Below are positions 9,912 to 19,897 of a DNA stretch of 64,000 bases, in pieces. Numbering within the stretch: position 1 is the stretch's first letter; the number at the start of each line of letters is the position of its first letter. The position numbers were made by a program, and so were the translations under genes. Source of the DNA: Methanomassiliicoccaceae archaeon UBA593 (GTDB lineage: Archaea > Thermoplasmatota > Thermoplasmata > Methanomassiliicoccales > Methanomethylophilaceae); contig DAEQ01000002.1 of the NCBI GenBank assembly GCA_002495325.1, positions 112,877 to 176,876 of the forward strand, in the 5' to 3' direction. The notes beneath the pieces were generated by a model, which saw only the letters and a list, made by a program, of their open reading frames with translations, searched no databases and was not told the DNA's origin.

Positions 9912-10148
9912 TCAGAGAACGGCGATGCTGACCACGTTGCTGCCGCGGAGAACCACGGTGCCTAGCCGCCGGTCTTCCCGGTCGGGAACGTGCTCGGCAG
10001 TGTCTTCCAGAGACATGTTCATGTACTCATCGCAGCCGGTGAGCTTCCCTTCAAGGGTCCTTCCGTCCTTGAGCAGCAACGAAATCCGTTTGCCGACGAA
10101 TTTTTCCAGTAAAGCCTGAGGCATGATCATGCTTATCGTCCCGTTCAT
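9912..10148 (-). CDS. Sm-like (Lsm/SmAP) RNA-binding protein
   Basis: GKL.G.DEYMN Sm1 motif and LG.VVLRG.N Sm2 motif. Confidence 0.9.
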   Translation of the reverse strand: MNGTISMIMPQALLEKFVGKRISLLLKDGRTLEGKLTGCDEYMNMSLEDTAEHVPDREDRRLGTVVLRGSNVVSIAVL

Positions 10149-10209
10149 GCTCGGCCGTGATTAAAAGCTTTGGTACATTCTTTGCGCGCGTCAGAGGGAA
10201 AACCCCGGA

Positions 10210-10767
10210 TCAGGCCGGCGGTTCCTGGCCGTCGTCGGCGGCGGGCGCGGGCGGCGGGACCTGCGCGGCCCGTTCCCGAGCCTGCTTCTCGATCCATTTC
10301 TTGATGTCCGCCTTGCGGGTGCTGCCGAGACCGAAGGCCTCGCTGAACCGGGCGGTGGTCGTCAGTTCAAAGGTCTGCCCGGCTGGCCTGGCGCTGACTA
10401 GCCCCCGTTCCTTCAGCAGCCGAACGTCGTCATAGGTCCGGGGGCCGCGGACGGTCACGAGCTTGGACTGCAGGACCGGCTGGTTGTAGGCGATAGTGCT
10501 GAGCGTGCGCATGGCGCCGCCCGGCAGGTCGGGGCGGGCGAACAGGTCGGTAAAGCGGGCACAGTCGGGCCGCAGTATCATGCGGTACTCGCCGGCCGCG
10601 GAGGAGATGATGACCGCAGAGTCCCGCAGGTCGTACTCCCGCCGCAGCTCGCGCAGGGCATAGGTGACCGCGCTCTCGTCCAGGCCGGTGCGGGCGGCGA
10701 TGTCGGCCGGGCGCAGCGGGCCGGTGGCCGCGAACAGCGCTGCCTCCACCGCGGTCTTGTCCTCCAT
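10210..10767 (-). CDS. scpB: segregation and condensation protein B
   Basis: VEAALFA, TLSTIAYNQPV, VRG and TT.RF...FGL motifs; follows scpA. Confidence 0.9.
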   Translation of the reverse strand: MEDKTAVEAALFAATGPLRPADIAARTGLDESAVTYALRELRREYDLRDSAVIISSAAGEYRMILRPDCARFTDLFARPDLPGGAMRTLSTIAYNQPVLQSKLVTVRGPRTYDDVRLLKERGLVSARPAGQTFELTTTARFSEAFGLGSTRKADIKKWIEKQARERAAQVPPPAPAADDGQEPPA

Positions 10768-10769
10768 GG

Positions 10770-11606
10770 TCAGGCCGCCGCCGGCGTCGGGACGTCTGAC
10801 CGCACGGTGATGATGATGTCGCCGTACGGCAGAGTCTCCTGACTGACGTCCAGCCGGCCGTCGCGGACCAGGTGCAGGACGGCGACGAACACCGTGATAT
10901 CGTCCTTGAGCGAGTCGTCATAGAATACGGTCAGCCGCTGGGGGCCGGCGCCGCCGGCCCGGATCCGCTGCCACACCCGTTCGACGGCCTGTTCGTCGTC
11001 CTCGTCGTGGGCCTTGTTGTCGAAGACCCGCGGTTCCTTGGCCTTCAGCTTGGCTCCGGCCGCTGCCCTGGCGCGGGCGGTCTCGGCCTCCTGCCGGGCG
11101 TCCTCGAAGGCGTCCAGCAGGTCCATGACGGTTACCGGCCGGGCCTCATCCCGGGCGTAGGCCCGGGTGAACGCCACGTCTGGCACGACCATCGGGTCCT
11201 CGTCAGCGAAGTCGAAGTCCTCGTCTATGACCTCCGGGGCCGGCGGGTCTGCCGCCCGGCAGGTGGCCGCCGACTGCAGGTTGAGGATCTCCCAGGCCAT
11301 CAGAAGCAGGCGGCCGGCAACGATCATGTCGAACCGGCCGTCGGCCACTTTGGCCGAGTAGAGCCTGACGAACTCCTCCAGGTCGATCGCCCAGGGGTCC
11401 AGGCCCTTCTCCAGTACCAGGCTGAAGACCGCCCGGATCGATTCGTCGACAGGGTCGGCGAGCCGTTCGCCCGCCGCCGCGTGCCGGAGGATGTCCAGGT
11501 AGCCGTTGACGCGGCCGAGCGTCTGCGCATCCTCGGCCAGCGCCTTCTGGAACAGCAGGTGCTGCTCCAGCGATTCCGTGTTCATTGCTTCCGTATCCAT
11601 TCCCAT
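10770..11606 (-). CDS. scpA: segregation and condensation protein A (kleisin)
   Basis: LDPWAIDL motif; C-terminal F.AVLHL....L...Q....GDI winged helix; directly after smc. Confidence 0.85.
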   Translation of the reverse strand: MGMDTEAMNTESLEQHLLFQKALAEDAQTLGRVNGYLDILRHAAAGERLADPVDESIRAVFSLVLEKGLDPWAIDLEEFVRLYSAKVADGRFDMIVAGRLLLMAWEILNLQSAATCRAADPPAPEVIDEDFDFADEDPMVVPDVAFTRAYARDEARPVTVMDLLDAFEDARQEAETARARAAAGAKLKAKEPRVFDNKAHDEDDEQAVERVWQRIRAGGAGPQRLTVFYDDSLKDDITVFVAVLHLVRDGRLDVSQETLPYGDIIITVRSDVPTPAAA

Positions 11607-11619
11607 CCCTCTTTAAGTT

Positions 11620-14600
11620 TCAGGATGACACCGACGGGACCTGCTGGCGCCGCCGGGCCTCCTCTTCGTATTTCGAGACCTCCGCCAGATCCGGCTGGAT
11701 GATCACCTTGCTCACCCCGCTGGGCGGCCGGGTCACGCCGATCAGGTGGTCCGCCAGCGTCAGAGTGACCTTCCGTAGCGACACCTGAATGAACTGGGCC
11801 GTGGCCGAGCTCTCCTTGATCCGCTTTGCCACCAGTTCCGCGTTCACCGCGTCCAGGAACATGTCTACCTCGTCGAGCACATAGAACGGCGAGGGCTGGT
11901 ATTCCTGGATGGCAAAGATGAACGACAGCGCCGTGAGCGATTTCTCCCCGCCGGAGAGCGCCTCCAGGCGGAGCATCTTCCCGTTCCGGGGCTTGGCATT
12001 GATCTGCAGTCCGCCCTGGAAAGGGTCGTCCGGGTCGTCAAGGGCCATGTAGCTCTCGCCGCCGCCGGACAGTTTACTGTAAATGGCCTTGAAATTGGCC
12101 GCGACCGCGTTGTAGGACTGCATGAACAGCCCCTTCTTGCGGGCGGTGAGCTCTTTGGCCAGCTGGTCGAGCTCCCTGATCCGCACCTGGAGCTGATCAC
12201 ACTGCTGGACCAGTTTGTCCAGTTCGGCCTTCCGGCTATCATAGTCCTCGATGGCGCGCAGATTGACGTTGCCGAACGCCGTGACCCGGCCGTCGGCGGT
12301 GCGGATGGTCCGCCGCAGTTCATCCTCGGACGGGATCGGCTCTGGCACCGGCACGGTGATGGCCCTGCGGTCCTCCGCCAGCTGCGCCAAGCGTGCCTGG
12401 GAGATCTCGGCCTGGGCCTCCTGCGACTGCCGGACGCCCTCCTGCGTCTCCAGGTCCTTCTGGGCCTGGCTGACGGCGGCGTCGAGCTGATAGCCCCGGT
12501 CGCTGAGGACGTCCCGGGCAGACCGGAGACCTTCGATGCCCTGCTCCATCTGACTGACGATGTTTTTGAACGCTTCCAGCCGAACGGTGCACTCCTTGAT
12601 CTCTCCGTCGTACTTGGCAATGCCCGCTGCGGCGGCCGCCAGTTTCTTGGCAACCTCGGCCAGCTGCCCGTCCAGTGCCTTTTTCTGGGCATCGGCGCCG
12701 GCCATATCGGCCTGGACGGCACCTATCTGTCCCTGCAGGTCGTTCAGTATCCGAGCGGCGTCTGCCGAAGCGGTGCGGGCCTGCTGGATCCGCTCCTGCA
12801 GATCGGCCGGAGCGATCTCCTGCAGCCGGGCGCGCTTGGTGTCCCGCTCGTCCCGCAGCGCCTGCAGCGCTGCGGCAGTGGCGGTCTGGTCCGCCTGCGC
12901 CTTGACCAGCGCCTGCTCGGCTCCGGCGGCCTCGGCGGCGGCTGTGCGGGACTCCTCCTGTTTCTTTGTAAGTTCCTGCTTGACCAGCACCAGTTTTGCT
13001 TCGGCACCGGCAATGTCGCCCTTCGCACCGGCACCTTTGGTGAGCGCCTCGCGCATCCGGTCGTCCGCAGCGCGGATGTCGTCGCGGAGCTGCCGTAGCT
13101 CGGTCTGCAGCGCGGACAGCGCATCGTTGGCCTTGCGCAGCTCCTCGCCGGCCCGGTCCAGTTCCGTCTGGGAAGAGGCACCGAACTTCGGCAGGCTGCG
13201 CTGGTTGACAGTGCCGCCGACCATGGCGCCGGAGGCCTCGACGAGCTCGCCGGCCCGGGTGACCAGACGGACGCCGCCCATCAGTTCCCGGGCCTGCTGC
13301 AACGTCTCTACGACCAGGGTATCTCCGAACACGTACCAAAAGACGTTCTGATAGCGGGGGTCGTAGGTCATGAGGTCGGTGGCATACCCGACGGTGCGCT
13401 TGACGACCATGATCGCCTTGGCCCGGGGCTTCCCGGGCATCATCTTGCTGAGCGGCAGGAAAGTGACCCGGCCCAGCCCGTTTTTCTTAAGATATGCGAT
13501 GCAGTCCGCGGCCGTCTGGTCATTGTCGACGACGACCGCCTGCATCTTACCGCCCGCCGCGACCGAGAGCGCGGTCTCGAAACCGGGCTCGGCGGTGGCC
13601 AGTTCCGCGACGGTGCCGCTGATGCCCCGCATCTCGCCCCGGTCGCGCAGGGCCATGATCGCCGCAACGGCCTGGCTGCCGCGGTTGTAATTCTCGGAGA
13701 CCCGCTTCTCGGCAGAGAGCCGGCTGAACTCGGCCTCGCGGCTGTTCACCGCATCCTTGAGCTGTGCTTCCTGCTTCTCCAGGCCGCCCTCCTTCTGCTT
13801 GAGCGCTACGACCTGTTTGCCGAGCTCGTCAGTGGCGTTCTGCGGACCGGCGGCCCGTTTGATGGACTGCAGGTTCCAATCGGCATCCTTTACCGCGAAC
13901 TGCGCGTTGCCAAGTGCCTCCTCGGCTGTGCTTTGGGCGCGGTGCTTCTCGCCTGCGGCGGCCGCGGCGGCGGCCTCGGCGGCCCTGGCGCTCTGGTCGG
14001 CGTTCGCGGCCTGGTCGATGAGCCGGTCGAGTTCGCTCAGCCGGGTCTGCAGTTTCGTGAGCTCGCCGCCGTGGGCGGCGGTCTCGTCGTTGATCTTCTT
14101 CTCGGCGGCCGCGGCGGCTTCCGCTTCCCTCTGTGCGGCCTCCTGTTTGATGCGCAGGCCCGCGAGGTTCTCCTCGGCCGCCCGGTACTCCTTCCGATTG
14201 TCGGCGATGGATTCCGTGAATTGATCGCGGAAGCCTTCCTGGGCCTCCCGGTCCTCAGCGGCCCGGTCGCGCCGGTCCTTGGCCGTGGCAAGCGCGACCC
14301 TGGCATCCTCAACGTCGCTTTTGGTCTTCTTGTACTCCGGTCCGACGCTCGCTTCGATCTCCGCCTCTTTGGCCTCGAGCGCCTGCTTGTTGGCCTCCCG
14401 GTCCTTAAGGGCGGCCTCCTTGTCCGCCTTCAGCTTTGCCAGTTTCTGGTCGATCTTGACGATGAACTCGCCGATCGCCCCGAGCTTGGCCTGCTCGTTA
14501 AGCTGCTGCCGCACTACCAGCTGATTCTTGGCGGTGTCCAGGGCGGCTTTGGCCTCCAGATACTGCTGCGCCTGCACCCGGTCGCGCTCCAGCGCTTTAA

Positions 14601-15216
14601 CCTGCTTTTCCTGTTCGGTGCGGATGATGCCGATACGGTCGAGGTTGGCGGCTGTCTCGGTGCGCTCGTTCTGGGCCCGGCCCAGGTCGGCGTCGAAACT
14701 GGCAATACCGGAAATCCCGTCCAGGATCCGCCGGCGCTCCAGCGCGCCCATGTTGACGATGTGGACTACGTCGCCCTGCTGTACCAGATTGTAACCGTCG
14801 GCGCTGATCCGCGCCTTGGTCAGCAGAGTGTCGAACTCGGAAAGCGACGATTTCTGGTCGTTGATGAAGAAATACGAACTGTAATCGGTCCCGTTCTCCG
14901 CCAGTTTGATGTAGCGAGTCAGGCGGACGGTGTCCGCGTCCCACGGCATGAGCCGGTCGGTGTTGTCGAAGACGAGCGAGACCTTGGTGTACTTGGCCTT
15001 TCCCTTGCCTGCGCCGTCGAAAACCAGGTCGGAAAGCCGTCCGGCCCGCACGGCCTTAGCGCTCCGCGGACCCAGGACAAAAAGGATGGCATCCGCTATG
15101 TTGGATTTGCCAGAGCCGTTCGGACCGGTCACGGCCATGTACCCCTCCATGAAAGGTACGACCGTCTTGCCGCCGAACGACTTGAAATTCTCAAGCTCGA
15201 CCTGCTTTAGGTACAT
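11620..15216 (-). CDS. smc: chromosome segregation protein SMC
   Basis: ENFKSF, GPNGSGKSN Walker A, hinge (G..GRVTFLPL), LSGGEKS, LDEVD and long coiled coils; start at MYLKQ. Confidence 0.96.
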   Translation of the reverse strand: MYLKQVELENFKSFGGKTVVPFMEGYMAVTGPNGSGKSNIADAILFVLGPRSAKAVRAGRLSDLVFDGAGKGKAKYTKVSLVFDNTDRLMPWDADTVRLTRYIKLAENGTDYSSYFFINDQKSSLSEFDTLLTKARISADGYNLVQQGDVVHIVNMGALERRRILDGISGIASFDADLGRAQNERTETAANLDRIGIIRTEQEKQVKALERDRVQAQQYLEAKAALDTAKNQLVVRQQLNEQAKLGAIGEFIVKIDQKLAKLKADKEAALKDREANKQALEAKEAEIEASVGPEYKKTKSDVEDARVALATAKDRRDRAAEDREAQEGFRDQFTESIADNRKEYRAAEENLAGLRIKQEAAQREAEAAAAAEKKINDETAAHGGELTKLQTRLSELDRLIDQAANADQSARAAEAAAAAAAGEKHRAQSTAEEALGNAQFAVKDADWNLQSIKRAAGPQNATDELGKQVVALKQKEGGLEKQEAQLKDAVNSREAEFSRLSAEKRVSENYNRGSQAVAAIMALRDRGEMRGISGTVAELATAEPGFETALSVAAGGKMQAVVVDNDQTAADCIAYLKKNGLGRVTFLPLSKMMPGKPRAKAIMVVKRTVGYATDLMTYDPRYQNVFWYVFGDTLVVETLQQARELMGGVRLVTRAGELVEASGAMVGGTVNQRSLPKFGASSQTELDRAGEELRKANDALSALQTELRQLRDDIRAADDRMREALTKGAGAKGDIAGAEAKLVLVKQELTKKQEESRTAAAEAAGAEQALVKAQADQTATAAALQALRDERDTKRARLQEIAPADLQERIQQARTASADAARILNDLQGQIGAVQADMAGADAQKKALDGQLAEVAKKLAAAAAGIAKYDGEIKECTVRLEAFKNIVSQMEQGIEGLRSARDVLSDRGYQLDAAVSQAQKDLETQEGVRQSQEAQAEISQARLAQLAEDRRAITVPVPEPIPSEDELRRTIRTADGRVTAFGNVNLRAIEDYDSRKAELDKLVQQCDQLQVRIRELDQLAKELTARKKGLFMQSYNAVAANFKAIYSKLSGGGESYMALDDPDDPFQGGLQINAKPRNGKMLRLEALSGGEKSLTALSFIFAIQEYQPSPFYVLDEVDMFLDAVNAELVAKRIKESSATAQFIQVSLRKVTLTLADHLIGVTRPPSGVSKVIIQPDLAEVSKYEEEARRRQQVPSVSS

Positions 15217-15368
15217 CCCGTTTACCCCCTGACGGGGCTCTGCGGACCTCTGATCCGCCGTGCATCCCATTCTGTCCGCGCGCGGGCGCAGATAAATGAC
15301 AGTACGAAATCCACACTATTTAAAACAATGCCGTTATAACACCGAAAGACAGGGAATTCTGGCTCTGT

Positions 15369-16151
15369 TCAGCGGAATTCGGCCAGCCACGGGATAAGGT
15401 CGCGCACCGAGTCTACGACCCACGTCGGATGCATGCCCGACTGTTCCAGCATGGTACGGTCGGTCTCCTCCGAAAGCACCAGAATCGACCTGGCCCCCGC
15501 GTCGACGGCCATGTGCATATCGGCGGACAGCCGGTCGCCGACCATGATGACATCCGCAACTGGCACACCCATATCGGCGGCGGCCATGTCCAGCATCAGC
15601 CGGTGGGGCTTGCCGACGGCCGTGGCCTTCTTTCCGGTCAGGAACTCAAACAGCCGGATGAACGGCCCGATGCCCACGTCGTAGCCGTCTTCGGTGGGAC
15701 AGACGTCATCGGGGTGGATGGCGATCAGTTCCGCCCCTGCCTGAAGGTAATGGTAGCCGGCATTGAGTTTTTCGTAATCGACGGTGGTGTCGAAGGCCAG
15801 CAGTACGATGTCGGGCCGGTGTCCGCCGGTGGAGATCGGTACTCCGGCGGCGGCGATCTCCGCACAGACCGCGGGGGTGGCAATCGGCCACACCGTCTTG
15901 CCGGGCCGCCGGTCTTTAAGGAAGCGGATAGCGGCGACCGCCGAGGACAGGATGTCCTTCTCGCCCACGCCGAAGCCCATCCGGTTCAGACGTACGGCAT
16001 AGAACGCTGGCACATGGGCTGAATTGTTGGTGACGAACCGAAACGGAAGTCTCCTAGCACGCAGTGCGGCCATGAATTCCCGGACACCCGGGATCGGCCG
16101 GTCGCCTCTGCAGAGCATCCCGTCAATGCTGAGTGCAAAGGCGGCGGTCAA
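15369..16151 (-). CDS. HAD-IIA family hydrolase (NagD-like) with atypical motif I
   Basis: FVTNNS, GKP and MVGDRL..D motifs; probable TTG start overlapping the UDG stop; motif I reads LSIDG. Confidence 0.75.
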   Translation of the reverse strand: MTAAFALSIDGMLCRGDRPIPGVREFMAALRARRLPFRFVTNNSAHVPAFYAVRLNRMGFGVGEKDILSSAVAAIRFLKDRRPGKTVWPIATPAVCAEIAAAGVPISTGGHRPDIVLLAFDTTVDYEKLNAGYHYLQAGAELIAIHPDDVCPTEDGYDVGIGPFIRLFEFLTGKKATAVGKPHRLMLDMAAADMGVPVADVIMVGDRLSADMHMAVDAGARSILVLSEETDRTMLEQSGMHPTWVVDSVRDLIPWLAEFR

Positions 16152-16687
16152 CTGAGGAACTCCTCCTTGACCATAATCAGCGTGAGCTTGAGCTGCTCCC
16201 GCGCGTCGGGCTTGTAGACACAGGCCATCGGATGATAGGTCGGGATGAACAGAATGTCCCGGTCCTTGATCCGGATGTGCTGCCGGGTATTGACGATCTG
16301 GGACATTGGTCCTTCGTACCCCAGCAGGTCCTTCACGGCCGACTTGCCGAGACCCACGATGACCTTCCGGTCGTACAGTTCGCTGTCGAGGAACGGCCGG
16401 CAGGCGGCCATCTCCTCGGGCATTGGGATCCGGTTCACCGGCGGCCGGCACTTCACCGTGTTGGTGATCAGGATCTGCGACCGCGGGAGCCCGATCTCTT
16501 CCAGGATCTTGTTGAGGATCTGCCCAGCGCGTCCGACGAACGGTGTACCCTGCAGGTCTTCGTTCTCGCCCGGCGCCTCGCCGACCAGGGCTACCGGCGA
16601 GTTTTTGTCACCCGTGGGCAGCACCAGATGGGTCCGCTTCCGGTAAAGGTCGCAGAGACGGCAGTCCGCTTCCGGTTCGGTCATCAT
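16148..16687 (-). CDS. uracil-DNA glycosylase family 4 (Fe-S)
   Basis: CRLC, GEAPG.NED..G.PFVGRAG, VKCRPP.NR.P and YHP. Confidence 0.92.
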   Translation of the reverse strand: MMTEPEADCRLCDLYRKRTHLVLPTGDKNSPVALVGEAPGENEDLQGTPFVGRAGQILNKILEEIGLPRSQILITNTVKCRPPVNRIPMPEEMAACRPFLDSELYDRKVIVGLGKSAVKDLLGYEGPMSQIVNTRQHIRIKDRDILFIPTYHPMACVYKPDAREQLKLTLIMVKEEFLS

Positions 16688-17232
16688 TGTCCGACGTCCT
16701 TCAGCAGGTCAGAACCCTTGACCAGAGCTGTCAGTTCCACATCCATGGCCGCCAGGTTCTCCCGGCCGCCGCTCTCCCGGTCGATGACAGACATGACCCG
16801 GCCGACCTTGGCGCCCTCGCTGCGGAGCTCGGTCACGGCCTTCATGCTCGAGCCGGCCGTCGTGATGACGTCTTCGACCACCAGCACACTGTCGCCCGGC
16901 CGCAGGTCGCCCTCTACCAGTTTGCCGGTGCCGTGGTCCTTGCGCTCCTTCCGGACCATCAGTAACGGCAGGTCTGTCTCCAGGGACAGCGCGGTAGCCA
17001 GCGGGATCGAGCCCAGAACAACGCCCGCCACGTGCTGCGGATGAAGACCCAGTTCCCTGATCTTCGCGGCCATCGCCTGCGCGATCAGACGCAGGACGGC
17101 CGGATTGGTGCTGGCCTTCTTGATATCGATATAATAGCTGCTCTTCGCGCCGGAAGCCAGCGTGAACTCTCCGAACTGCAGCGCGCCGCAGTTCTCCAAT
17201 GCTTTTTTGAGATCTTCCGTACGAATCACCAC
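16684..17232 (-). CDS. pyrE: orotate phosphoribosyltransferase
   Basis: FTLASG..S.YYID, RKERKDHG and VVEDVITTAGS PRPP-binding motif. Confidence 0.94.
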   Translation of the reverse strand: MVIRTEDLKKALENCGALQFGEFTLASGAKSSYYIDIKKASTNPAVLRLIAQAMAAKIRELGLHPQHVAGVVLGSIPLATALSLETDLPLLMVRKERKDHGTGKLVEGDLRPGDSVLVVEDVITTAGSSMKAVTELRSEGAKVGRVMSVIDRESGGRENLAAMDVELTALVKGSDLLKDVGQ

Positions 17233-17804
17233 GGTTCTTTCTTTAAATGCAGTTTATAGGCGACAATGTTGACGCCCCGGTGGATAGCAAACATGATCAC
17301 GAGCAAGAACAGAAGGGCGCAGATATGCCACCCCGCGACGTATGTGCTGTATACCCAATGCGGGTTGAAGATGGCCGTGACCAGGAACGCGCCGAATACA
17401 AAATCGTACTGGTCGAGGATCGGCGCCTTGGCACCCCGTTCCAGTCCCAGCCGCCGCTTGATGAAGGCACCCATCAGGTCCCCCAGTACTGCACCGAACG
17501 ACAGACAGGTGATGACCCGCAGGTTACCCCACCAACCGCCGTAGCCCCAGTAGTTCGTCGGGTCCCAGATCGAGGCGATACAGATCAGAATAAGTCCGAG
17601 TACAATGCCCGAGAGCGCTCCGCCGAAGAACCCGCGCCAGGATTTGCCGTCGCCGAAGATGCGCTTGCCGCGCCAGGTCTTTCCGAAGTCCATCTTGGCT
17701 GTGGAACCCCGGCCGAACAGCACCGCTGCCGAATTGGGCAGCATGGCCGGCAGGAAGAGCCAGAGTCCGACGAACATGTACTCGATGACGGTTACGGCGT
17801 CCAT
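17226..17804 (-). CDS. carS: CDP-archaeol synthase
   Basis: LPAM.PN, GDGKSWRG, GDL.GAFIKRRLG and LDQYDF; membrane protein. Confidence 0.9.
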   Translation of the reverse strand: MDAVTVIEYMFVGLWLFLPAMLPNSAAVLFGRGSTAKMDFGKTWRGKRIFGDGKSWRGFFGGALSGIVLGLILICIASIWDPTNYWGYGGWWGNLRVITCLSFGAVLGDLMGAFIKRRLGLERGAKAPILDQYDFVFGAFLVTAIFNPHWVYSTYVAGWHICALLFLLVIMFAIHRGVNIVAYKLHLKKEPW

Positions 17805-18338
17805 TGGAGTCGCATAGGCGGTTTGTCGTTTATAGTTTCGCGCCCATACTTACAATGCAAAAGACCGGGGCCGCGGGATCAAAGATACGGTTCCCGAATG
17901 CGTCTGCCACAGGTTCAATGCGATTCCGTTCGAAGAATGGGACCAATACTTCAGTTAACGATTTACCGAAATTTCTGCCTGCATCTGCTGGAAAGTTCCA
18001 ACTTTACAACATCTCAGCTCTCAGATTCTGACGCTTTGTAATTTTAAACCTGCTATTTCTGCTGAGAAGATTTCTGCGCAGACGAATCAGGCCTTCGCAG
18101 TGCGTGAGTACATATGCTTGTTAAAAAACCGACATCGGATTGACTCGGCCAATAATAGGAGGGATAGACCAGACAGTGAAACACTGTGGCAAGTGACATT
18201 ACCGCGCCATCATTTTGGCAGATGCCGCCATCGATGTCACCAGAAAAACGCCTGCATGCTTATGTCGGCCGCCCAGGGGCAATGGCTTCAGTCTTCCCGG
18301 ACCCAAGATAGATAACCGCCGGCATCCTTCTCTGATGT

Positions 18339-18797
18339 ATGCTTGTACTAGACAGCTCTGCCCTTTTTTCGCTAGACCAGCTTCCGGAGGAGGACTCCGT
18401 GTGCCCGCCCGGCGTCGTGAAGGAACTGACGAAATACAAGGACCCCCGGCTGGCGCTCTGGGGCGACCTGCTGCACGTGTCCGAATGCACCAAAGTCTCA
18501 GTCGCCAAGGTCGAGGAGGCCGCCCGGAAGACCGGCGACATCGGCCGGCTGTCCCCGGTGGATATCACCGTCCTGGCACTGGCGCTTGACGTCCATGGCA
18601 CCGTGCTTACCGACGATTACTCCATCCAGAATACCGCCCGCGTACTGGGCATCCCGTACCGCGCCGTGGGACAGGCCGGGATCACCCGCAAGGAGAAATG
18701 GAACTGGCAGTGCACCGGCTGCGGTAAGTGGTTCAAAGAGAAGTACGACGAGTGCCCGATCTGCGGCTCGCCGCTGCGGAGCCACCGGAAGCGGCGA
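18339..18797 (+). CDS. nob1: Nob1-type PIN + zinc-ribbon rRNA maturation endonuclease (expected stop is CGA; literal ORF runs to 20144)
   Basis: VLDSSA, LS.VD..VLALA, LTDDYSIQN.A, C.GC...CPICG zinc ribbon. Confidence 0.85.
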
Positions 18798-19892
18798 TCA
18801 CGGGAACAGATGCTGACCGCGGATGAGCTTGGCCATCCGCCGGGTGCCGAGGATATCCATGCACCAGCGGGTGCGGGTGTCGCTGCCGAACGCGAAGGTG
18901 TCGGCGAGCTTCTTGTTGTCCGCCGCGATGTGCAGCGGCTTGTAGAGCACATCCCGCCAGGCCTGCTCGTAGTCCGTCAGCGGACGACCGTTCTTCACAT
19001 GGTCCGCCGCGATCTGTCCGGCGATACGGCCGGCGATCATCGCCAGCGGTACACCGCCGCCGTTCACCGAAAGGACCTGCCCGGCGGCATCGCCGACGAC
19101 CAGCCCGTTGCCGACCACCGTCTGTTTGATGGGGCCCTCGCTGGGGACGTATTTGCCTTCGAGCTTGGTGGTGATCTTGAAATCGTGAAGTTCGGCGAAC
19201 TTGGCAAAGTACTCGCTGAGCGTGCCGTTGGAGAACGCAGGCGAAAAGCCGACGCCCACATTCGCCCGGTGGTCCTTCGGGATGATCCAGCTGTAGGCTC
19301 CCGGCGCGATACCGCCGAAGAACATCTGGACACTGGGTTCGAACTCGCCCTCGACCTGCGCGGTAACCGCAGGATACGGATTGCGGTTGGCCGCCAGCCC
19401 CAGGCTCTGCGCCACCTTGGAACCCGGCCCGTCGGCACCGATGAGCACCTTGTACTCGACCGTCCCGGCCGTTGTGTCGGCCTTTCCGTCGGTGATCCGC
19501 CGGAACATGGTAGACGTCCGCAGCTCGGCCCCCGCCTCCTGCGCCCGCTGCGCCAGATGCTGGTCGAAGCGGTCGCGGTCGGTGGTATAGGCAGTGAACG
19601 GCAGCAGCCGTGTCTTGCCTTTGGGGTCGGTGAGCGTGATGCCGGCGATCTCCCGCCGGTGAAGATTCGCCGGCGTGCCGAACAGGGTCTCGCCGTCTGT
19701 CAGCTTGGGGAACATACCCCGGATTTCCGCCAGCGACGGGATAAGCTCACCGCAGCGGACGGGCACACCCACCTGCGGACGGCGCTCCAGGAACAGAACG
19801 GAAACGCCTTTTTCTGCGGCGTAGCGGGCGGCTACGCTGCCGGCCGGACCGGAGCCCACCACCAGCACGTCGGTCTTGATCGTCGCGGCCAT
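18798..19892 (-). CDS. geranylgeranyl reductase family flavoprotein (DGGGPL reductase)
   Basis: VVGSGPAGS, PVRCGE, GADG, YSWIIPK and GDAAGQV...GGG. Confidence 0.88.
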   Translation of the reverse strand: MAATIKTDVLVVGSGPAGSVAARYAAEKGVSVLFLERRPQVGVPVRCGELIPSLAEIRGMFPKLTDGETLFGTPANLHRREIAGITLTDPKGKTRLLPFTAYTTDRDRFDQHLAQRAQEAGAELRTSTMFRRITDGKADTTAGTVEYKVLIGADGPGSKVAQSLGLAANRNPYPAVTAQVEGEFEPSVQMFFGGIAPGAYSWIIPKDHRANVGVGFSPAFSNGTLSEYFAKFAELHDFKITTKLEGKYVPSEGPIKQTVVGNGLVVGDAAGQVLSVNGGGVPLAMIAGRIAGQIAADHVKNGRPLTDYEQAWRDVLYKPLHIAADNKKLADTFAFGSDTRTRWCMDILGTRRMAKLIRGQHLFP

Positions 19893-19897
19893 GCATA

